A stretch of 64,000 nucleotides of DNA from Nitrospiraceae bacterium (GTDB lineage: Bacteria; Nitrospirota; Nitrospiria; Nitrospirales; Nitrospiraceae), in NCBI GenBank assembly GCA_016650275.1, contig JAENWB010000041.1:6046-70045 (forward strand). The letters are read 5' to 3'. This document shows, in pieces, positions 57,955-64,000 of the stretch (position 1 is the stretch's first letter; each line of letters begins with the position of its first letter). Made by a program: the position numbers and the translations under genes. The notes under the pieces were generated by a model. That model searched no databases, was not told the DNA's origin, and was given only the letters and a program-made list of their open reading frames with translations.

Positions 57955-58668
57955 TTAGGCACCCACGGTCGCAGCCGCTTCCGACCGTTTGACCGATGCC
58001 GCAGCCCAGCCATGATCGACTGCATAGTTCCAGCCGGCCTGAATCACTGCCACATTTTTATCGATCAGCTCCTGCTTCTTCTTGAATTTCCGCTCGACGA
58101 CGCTGTCCAAGGCCGCGGTTCCGCCGGAGACGACAAATCCTTTACCAAGGAACCGGTCCTTCACCGACTGCTCCAGTGCTTCAACAGAGGTGAGGCCCGT
58201 GATCGCGCCAATGCAGCCCATCAATGCCATGTTCGTCGCGAGATCTATCCCTGCAACTTCGAGGGATATTTTGGTGGCGGGGAAGTAATAAAGCTTCGCA
58301 CGACGCTCTTCCAATTCACGCTGCTGATCCCTGTGAAGGCTCATGGGCCCATCGTTGTTGATCAGCGCAATCCCGTCTTCCTTCAACCCGAAGTAGAACG
58401 GCATCGTATAGGACTTACCGTGGGTAATAACTTGTGGGTGGAAGATGATAATAATGTGCGGGAAGGTGATTTCCCCGATCTCATAGATCGGTTCATCCGA
58501 CACACGGACGTAGCTCTCGACCGGTGCCATCCGCTTTTCCGATCCGTAAAATGGGACGATCGTACTTTCTCCGCCGGCATGAATCACTGCGGTGCTCAGA
58601 ATGTGTGACCCCGTCACGACACCTTGCCCGCCAACCCCTGCCATCCGAATGTTGAAGCGCTTTGCCAT
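57955..58668 (-). CDS. 2-oxoacid:ferredoxin oxidoreductase gamma subunit
   Basis: 237 aa with the POR gamma-domain N-terminus IRMAGVGGQGVVT. Confidence 0.85.
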   Translation of the reverse strand: MAKRFNIRMAGVGGQGVVTGSHILSTAVIHAGGESTIVPFYGSEKRMAPVESYVRVSDEPIYEIGEITFPHIIIIFHPQVITHGKSYTMPFYFGLKEDGIALINNDGPMSLHRDQQRELEERRAKLYYFPATKISLEVAGIDLATNMALMGCIGAITGLTSVEALEQSVKDRFLGKGFVVSGGTAALDSVVERKFKKKQELIDKNVAVIQAGWNYAVDHGWAAASVKRSEAAATVGA

Positions 58669-58691
58669 GTCCGAGCCTCCCTCTGGGTCGC

Positions 58692-59594
58692 TTACGCCTT
58701 GTTTGGAATTGCAGCGGCAGGAGCAGCCGCCTTCGGAAGATAGTCTTTGTAGCCATACCGCTCGGTCAGATACTGCTTGGCCTCGTCGCTCACGTATTCC
58801 GTGAACTGATACCGGTCATTCTCAACGGTCTTTGCATCTTCCATCACCTTGTCGGTCGGAATCGCGTACTCGATGTTGCAGGAGGTGTAGGCTTGAATGT
58901 AGGTCGAGCCCACTTCGCGAGCAATCAGCACGGCCTTCTTGATGACACTCTCGACGCGGCGGGGATTGTTCGGAACCACCGTCGCCACGTACGCACACCC
59001 AGCCACCTTCGCCATTTGCAACATGTCCATCTTCTCGAACTTCTTCCCCAACGGGGCCATCTTTAACACAGCACCACGGTTGGTCATCCCGCTCTCTTGC
59101 CCACCGGTGTTGCCGTACACTTCATTGTCCAACATGATCGTGGTGAACCGTTCCTTTCGGAACCAGGAGTGGAGCACTTGTTGGAAACCGATATCCGCCG
59201 TTCCACCGTCTCCCGCCATAACCACCACATCCTTCGGCTTGTCACCAAACCGCAGCCGCAGCCCGCGGGACAGTCCGCTCGCGACACCGTTTTGATCGCC
59301 ATAGTTGCCGTACACAAACGGGATCGCAGCCTGTGAAATTGCTAACCGTCCACAGCCTGCTGTTCCAACAGTGATGGTGTCTTCCGGGTTGGGGAAAGCG
59401 ATGATTGCCAGTCGGATGAACAGAGTCATCGCACAACCGGCACACATGGGATGCTCTTCAAGAATTTCCTTGAAGCTTCCCATCTGAGAGACCGAAATTT
59501 TCTTTCCAAACGGGCCATGCTCGACCATATCCCGATATTCTTTGGGCATGAACTTTTCAAATCCGCCGGAAAACTTTACATAGTCAAGACTCAT
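58692..59594 (-). CDS. 2-oxoacid:ferredoxin oxidoreductase beta subunit (TPP-binding)
   Basis: 300 aa with CAGC and GTAGCG Cys contexts and the TPP motif GDGGTADIG. Confidence 0.85.
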   Translation of the reverse strand: MSLDYVKFSGGFEKFMPKEYRDMVEHGPFGKKISVSQMGSFKEILEEHPMCAGCAMTLFIRLAIIAFPNPEDTITVGTAGCGRLAISQAAIPFVYGNYGDQNGVASGLSRGLRLRFGDKPKDVVVMAGDGGTADIGFQQVLHSWFRKERFTTIMLDNEVYGNTGGQESGMTNRGAVLKMAPLGKKFEKMDMLQMAKVAGCAYVATVVPNNPRRVESVIKKAVLIAREVGSTYIQAYTSCNIEYAIPTDKVMEDAKTVENDRYQFTEYVSDEAKQYLTERYGYKDYLPKAAAPAAAIPNKA

Positions 59595-59737
59595 TGGAGC
59601 ACCTCCCTCTATTCTATTGCTTTAACGGAATTCAGTTGCCTATCGTCGGGAAGACACAGTTACGTGTAACGGGCCCGCAGAAATTCGAGGTTGGATGAAT
59701 GAAGCTGACCCGCTCATTGACGTTCACACGAGGAGGT

Positions 59738-59767
59738 ATGGTAGCAAAGCCCAAAAAAGACTGTCAA
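59738..59767 (-). promoter_or_regulatory. Weak sigma70-like promoter candidate for the oxidoreductase operon (TTGACA-18 nt-TACCAT)
   Basis: Minus-strand reading TTGACAgtcttttttgggctttgcTACCAT, about 145 nt upstream of the beta-subunit ATG. Confidence 0.3.
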
Positions 59768-60016
59768 TGAGAAACGTCGCACATTCTCGAATCACGCGCC
59801 TATCGAAAGATACTATAACTTCCTGATATTCAAAGCAACTTCTCAGAAGGCCCACCATACCAGAAAGAAGCCCTAGCACATCTCAAGCTCGTAGGCCATT
59901 CGCCCTAACAACTTGTGTTTTTGCAATGTTTTCACACCTGTCGACCGTGCGACCGGCATCATGGCATTGGAAAGAGAGATTGCCGATTCCACAAAACCTG
60001 TCTAGACTGGACCCCT

Positions 60017-60265
60017 ATGTCAACACATGTGATCGTCCCTGGGGAAGACGAAGGCGCTCAGCACGCCGGTGGGGTCCATAAACGTCCCCCGATTCCCGAC
60101 AATTCGCTCAAAGCTGAGTGCCCGAAGTTCATGAGCCATGGCCCCTGCGGAGGCGTTCGGAAAGGGGGCTCGTGTGAGGTGTACCCCGAGATGACTTGCC
60201 CCTGGGTGACCCTCTACATTCAATTGGAAAAAATCGGCCAAGTGGAGTGGATGAAACAAGTCTAA
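60017..60265 (+). CDS. Small MTHFR_C (MetV-like) zinc-ribbon protein
   Basis: Start set at ATG 60017 (MSTHVIVPG...). The motif CPKFMSHGPCGGVRKGGSCEVYPEMTCPW matches the recalled CPK..NGPCGG....G.CEV....C.W pattern of the methylene-THF reductase C-terminal domain. Confidence 0.6.
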   Translation: MSTHVIVPGEDEGAQHAGGVHKRPPIPDNSLKAECPKFMSHGPCGGVRKGGSCEVYPEMTCPWVTLYIQLEKIGQVEWMKQV

Positions 60266-60269
60266 CCGA

Positions 60270-60300
60270 CGTGAGGCGTAAACCGTGAAACGTGAAACGG
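60270..60300. repeat. Heptamer array CGTGAGG CGTAAAC CGTGAAA CGTGAAA
   Basis: Read directly. Overlaps the called GTG start of queF. Confidence 0.6.
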
Positions 60301-60701
60301 CAGAAAGAAAATCGAAGACCACAAAGCATGGCTATAACGAGAACCATGCAAAGAGCGGTATTGCCGCTCCACTGCCGGACATCGAAACATTCCCGAACCA
60401 ATACAAGGGCTACGAAATCACCATCGAGATCCCCGAATATACCGCGATCTGCCCGAAGACCGGTCTTCCAGACTTCGGCATTATCACGCTGCACTACATG
60501 CCCGACAAAAAGTGCCTCGAGCTCAAATCGCTCAAAATGTATCTCCACGCGTACCGAAATCTCGGCATCTTTTATGAGAACGCGGTCAACCGTATCCTGC
60601 ACGACGTCGTGAAGGCCTGCCGGCCTGTATGGGCCAGAGTGACCGGCACCTTCGCCGCCCGCGGCGGGCTCCGAAGCATCATCGAGGCGAAATACCCGTG
60701 A
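60285..60701 (+). CDS. queF: NADPH-dependent 7-cyano-7-deazaguanine reductase (type I QueF)
   Basis: 138 aa with the QueF motif EYTAICPKTGLPDFG and E(L)KSLKMYL. The exact start is uncertain because the GTG lies within the repeat. Confidence 0.88.
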   Translation: MKRETAERKSKTTKHGYNENHAKSGIAAPLPDIETFPNQYKGYEITIEIPEYTAICPKTGLPDFGIITLHYMPDKKCLELKSLKMYLHAYRNLGIFYENAVNRILHDVVKACRPVWARVTGTFAARGGLRSIIEAKYP

Positions 60702-60746
60702 GCCTCATCCGCCATTCATGCCCCTCCACCTGATAGACTTCCGCTG

Positions 60747-61556
60747 ATGGCTATCTATGCAATCGGCGACATCCAGGGCTGCCTCGCTCCTTTCAGACGA
60801 CTCCTCGATCAGATTTCATTCGATCCACGGACGGATCAGTTGTGGCTGGTCGGCGACCTCGTCAATCGTGGCCCCGACTCTCTTGCCCTCCTCCGATTCG
60901 TGCGAAGTCTCGGCGACGCCGTTCGCATTGTACTGGGCAATCATGATCTCTTCTTGCTCGCAGCAGGCGAAGGCATCGCCACGGTACGACAGAAGGATAC
61001 GATTCACGACGTCTTGGAAGCGAAAGACCGCGGTGAACTGATCGCCTGGCTTCGTCGCCAACCACTCCATTATCGCGAGGGATCGTTCCTGATGATCCAC
61101 GCAGGACTGCTCCCGCAGTGGACCATCGACGAGTCAGTCGGCTTTGCGCGTGAGGTCGAGGTGGTACTCGCAGGCCCGGACTATCGGGCGTTCCTCCACA
61201 GCCTGTTTCATGGACCTGCCCTACAGTGGGATTCATCGCTGACAGGACCGGAGAGGCTCGTGAGTATCACTCGTGTGTTGACCAGACTACGAACCTGCAC
61301 CCCAGCCGGTGAAATGTCGGGATTCTCCGGCCCTTCAGGGGAGACGCCCGCCGGCTATCTCCCCTGGTTCCACATCCCACATCGACGCCATACGGATGTC
61401 ACCATCATCTGCGGCCACTGGGCTGCACTGGGGCTACACCTCGAACCCAATCTCTTGGCAATTGATAGCGGATGTGTATGGGGCAGACAGTTGACCGCAA
61501 TTCGGCTGGAGGATCGCACCGTGTTTCAGGTGGACTGCTCGACACGACTCCGTTAA
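60747..61556 (+). CDS. apaH: Bis(5'-nucleosyl)-tetraphosphatase, symmetrical
   Basis: 269 aa. The N-terminus MAIYAIGDIQGC...LWLVGDLVNRGPDSL parallels E. coli ApaH. Metallophosphatase GNHD motif present. Confidence 0.9.
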   Translation: MAIYAIGDIQGCLAPFRRLLDQISFDPRTDQLWLVGDLVNRGPDSLALLRFVRSLGDAVRIVLGNHDLFLLAAGEGIATVRQKDTIHDVLEAKDRGELIAWLRRQPLHYREGSFLMIHAGLLPQWTIDESVGFAREVEVVLAGPDYRAFLHSLFHGPALQWDSSLTGPERLVSITRVLTRLRTCTPAGEMSGFSGPSGETPAGYLPWFHIPHRRHTDVTIICGHWAALGLHLEPNLLAIDSGCVWGRQLTAIRLEDRTVFQVDCSTRLR

Positions 61557-61575
61557 GTCACCGCGCCATCAGTTC

Positions 61576-62352
61576 TCAGACACCCAACGCCAGGCGAACG
61601 AGTGGCACCTTCTCGCCGATCCCGAACGATAGCGGTTCTTTCACCTCGTCCGGATTGACATAGGTCCCGAACAATCGGTCCCAGATGGTAAACAGCGCCG
61701 CAAGGTTCGCCTTGTAGTGGGCAGGGTTGTTGCTGTGATGAATGTGGTGATACCGGGGGGTCACGATCAACCACTCCAGCCAATTAGATCGCCAAGTCAC
61801 GTTGACATGCATCCAGTCATTTTGCAAAGAACTGAACATGCCAATTGCCAATCCCATCCACCAGGAAGATAGGCCGAGGAACGACCAGGCAAAGATATAA
61901 GGCAGATTCACGATGACCTGTTGGGGCACCGTGGCACGCGTCCCGGCTAGCCAATACATGTAGGTAGGGGCATGATGCCATTTATGAATGCGCCAGACAT
62001 GCTTCGTATGCATGAGGCGATGAATCCAATAATGGCCAAAGTCGGCAATCACGAAATAGCACAGCACACGGACCAAAAATGGCATGGCAAGGATCATTTC
62101 GGGTAGCTGGGGACGGATGGAGATGTATCGATTAATTTGTACTGCGAGTGGAAAAACAACAAACTGAAAAACGAGAAAGGCCGTTATATCGTTCAGGATC
62201 ACCTTGCGATAGGACACCACTCGCGCCGGGCGCCAGAGCTCAATCGCTGTGACCCCGATCAGTCTTCCGAGAAACAGCAGTGGAAAGAATAGATTGTTAT
62301 CGAGAACGAACTGGCGAAATTCCCTGCTGAGCACCCACTCGATCCACTCCAT
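61576..62352 (-). CDS. Fatty acid hydroxylase/sterol desaturase superfamily membrane protein
   Basis: Start set at ATG 62352 (MEWIEWVL). His boxes HYWIHRLMH, HKWHH and HHIHH. Confidence 0.75.
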   Translation of the reverse strand: MEWIEWVLSREFRQFVLDNNLFFPLLFLGRLIGVTAIELWRPARVVSYRKVILNDITAFLVFQFVVFPLAVQINRYISIRPQLPEMILAMPFLVRVLCYFVIADFGHYWIHRLMHTKHVWRIHKWHHAPTYMYWLAGTRATVPQQVIVNLPYIFAWSFLGLSSWWMGLAIGMFSSLQNDWMHVNVTWRSNWLEWLIVTPRYHHIHHSNNPAHYKANLAALFTIWDRLFGTYVNPDEVKEPLSFGIGEKVPLVRLALGV

Positions 62353-62514
62353 CACGCACACCTCGCTTCCCTGACCGGCTTGACACAAAGTGTATCAAAA
62401 ATAGGTAAGGCTGTCCGTTGTTCATCAAGGATCGATACCGGTGCGCTGCAACAGGAGGCGAGAGACATGGATGGTGAGAGGACGGAGCGTCCGGTTTGTG
62501 AGCCTCGGCAACGG

Positions 62515-63303
62515 TCAGTGATAACTTTCCGAATCGTTCGGGAACTTTCCCTGCTCAACTTCTTCCTTGTAGCGACGGAGCGCTTGGAGCGCATCGGCCT
62601 TGAGATGGGCATATGGTTTGACAAACTTCGGCACAAACTCATCGAACAGCCCGAGGAGATCATAGAGGACCAGGATTTGGCCGTCGCAGTGGGGACCGGC
62701 CCCGATTCCAATGGTCGGAATGGTGATCTGTTCTGTGATGGTCTTGGCCAACTCGGCGGGAATCGCTTCGAGCACGATCGCGAAGGCGCCGGCTGCTTCA
62801 AGGGCTTTGGCATCGTTCAGCAACACCCGTGCATGATCTGATCCTTTTCCCTGTACCTTGTAGCCGCCAAATTGATGAACTGATTGGGGAGTCATGCCAA
62901 GATGTCCCATCACGGGAATGCCGATACTGGTCATCGCAGCCACCCGATCGACCACAATTGCGCCGCCTTCCAGCTTGATTGCCTGAGCCCCAGCCTGCAG
63001 AAACCGTCCCGCATTGCGAAGCGCATCTTCGCTGCTGGCTTGATAGGACATGAACGGCATGTCACCGATGACGAGCGCTCGTTGGGCAGCCTCAGCCACA
63101 AGCTTCGTGTGGTAAAGCATGTCGTCCATCGTCACAGAGAGCGTATTGGCCTTCCCCTGTACGACCACACCCAATGAATCCCCGACCAGAATCGCCTCGA
63201 TGCCGGCCTGTTCGACAATGCGTGTAAAGAGCGCGTCGTAGGCCGTGACGACGATGAGCTTTTTCTTGTCGTGCTTGTAGCGCTGAAACTCTGGGATCGT
63301 CAT
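62515..63303 (-). CDS. panB: 3-methyl-2-oxobutanoate hydroxymethyltransferase
   Basis: 262 aa from ATG 63303, sharing one nucleotide with the metF stop (TGATG). PanB motifs VTAYD and LVGDSLG. Confidence 0.93.
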   Translation of the reverse strand: MTIPEFQRYKHDKKKLIVVTAYDALFTRIVEQAGIEAILVGDSLGVVVQGKANTLSVTMDDMLYHTKLVAEAAQRALVIGDMPFMSYQASSEDALRNAGRFLQAGAQAIKLEGGAIVVDRVAAMTSIGIPVMGHLGMTPQSVHQFGGYKVQGKGSDHARVLLNDAKALEAAGAFAIVLEAIPAELAKTITEQITIPTIGIGAGPHCDGQILVLYDLLGLFDEFVPKFVKPYAHLKADALQALRRYKEEVEQGKFPNDSESYH

Positions 63304-64000
63304 CAACCCACTTCCGCTTTGGTGATAATGTCAGCCAGCCGGTGCGTGGCCCTGATGGCCATAATATGAACTCCGTCGCAGTAGGGCTGTACCGCCTTGA
63401 TCGTCCGCACCGCAATGTCCACCCCTACATCCTCCGCATGCTCGGGGCCGGCAGCCCTGAGTTCGTCGATCATCTCCTGCGGGACTGACACGCCAGGAAT
63501 ATTCGCGTTCATGAACTCCGCCATCTTGGCGTTCCGGAGGACGAGAATGCCCGCCAGCACTTTGACATTAAAGGGGCGAACAGCCTTCATGAAGGACGCA
63601 AACTGCTCCGGATGGTAAATCGCCTGCGTCTGGAAAAACTGGGCACCCGCTTTCACCTTTACTTCAAACTTCGCAAGCATGGGTCCCAGCGGGTCGGCCT
63701 CGGGAGTCACCGCACCTGCGATGGTAAACTGCGTTGCACCGTCTAACTTGTTCCCCGCAAGATCCCGCCCGTTGTTGAGTCCCTGCACGAGCTGCATCAC
63801 TTGGACGGAGTCCAGATCATAAACCGGCTTTGCTTCTTTGTGATCTCCGACGGTCGGATAGTCTCCGGTGAGGCACAGAATATTGTGGATGCCGAGCATG
63901 GAGGCGCCCATGAGGTCCGACTGGATCGCAATACGATTCCGATCACGACAGGTCATCTGCATGACCGGATCATGGCCGAGTTCGTAGAGGAGTCTGCAGA
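63303..64000 (-). CDS. metF: Methylenetetrahydrofolate reductase; N-terminus runs off the window end
   Basis: The reading frame stays open to position 64000 (…RLLYELGHDPVMQMTCRDRNRIAIQSDLMGA…NILCLTGDY), a typical MetF core. Confidence 0.85.
   Translation of the reverse strand, partial: CRLLYELGHDPVMQMTCRDRNRIAIQSDLMGASMLGIHNILCLTGDYPTVGDHKEAKPVYDLDSVQVMQLVQGLNNGRDLAGNKLDGATQFTIAGAVTPEADPLGPMLAKFEVKVKAGAQFFQTQAIYHPEQFASFMKAVRPFNVKVLAGILVLRNAKMAEFMNANIPGVSVPQEMIDELRAAGPEHAEDVGVDIAVRTIKAVQPYCDGVHIMAIRATHRLADIITKAEVG

Overview
GC-rich chromosomal window whose gene content points to a Nitrospira-like (phylum Nitrospirota) autotroph. Main content: (1) a ~12-kb minus-strand reductive-TCA supercluster, aclB-aclA-acn-icd-(frdB/frdA-like)-sucC-sucD, at 36.3-48.7 kb; (2) a five-subunit 2-oxoacid:ferredoxin oxidoreductase operon at 55.4-59.6 kb; (3) squalene-hopene cyclase and hpnG packed into one operon with mlaE-F-D-C and a POTRA-less Omp85-type barrel at 4.3-11.2 kb; (4) MEP-pathway genes ispG, dxs and ispH, plus smc, a PhoB/PhoR-like two-component pair next to pit/DUF47, fabH, ccdA/tlpA, metK-ahcY, queF, apaH, panB and metF. 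I saw no rRNA, tRNA or CRISPR array. Accessory material is limited to a visibly lower-GC islet (about 29.3-31.0 kb), an indoleamine-2,3-dioxygenase-family gene, and an IS30-family element (51885-52950, 3-bp GTG target duplication) that splits a trypsin-like protease gene in a way that restores in frame. The most unusual sequence-level signal is the repeat content. First, a modular MITE-like palindromic element family has 7 copies, and 5 of them carry a conserved promoter-like tail that in 4 cases points into a nearby gene start. Second, three hairpins are built from degenerate 9-nt tandem repeats. Third, hairpins built from degenerate 6-7-nt tandem repeats, each with a different unit, fill most intercistronic spacers of the rTCA operon and several other spacers. 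The best candidate for an undescribed system is the shc-hpnG-mlaEFDC-Omp85 operon, possibly a hopanoid-linked lipid trafficking route. A 460-bp multi-hairpin non-coding region upstream of the disrupted protease is a second lead. Many long ORFs in the supplied track are antisense or repeat-derived artefacts and were not called.
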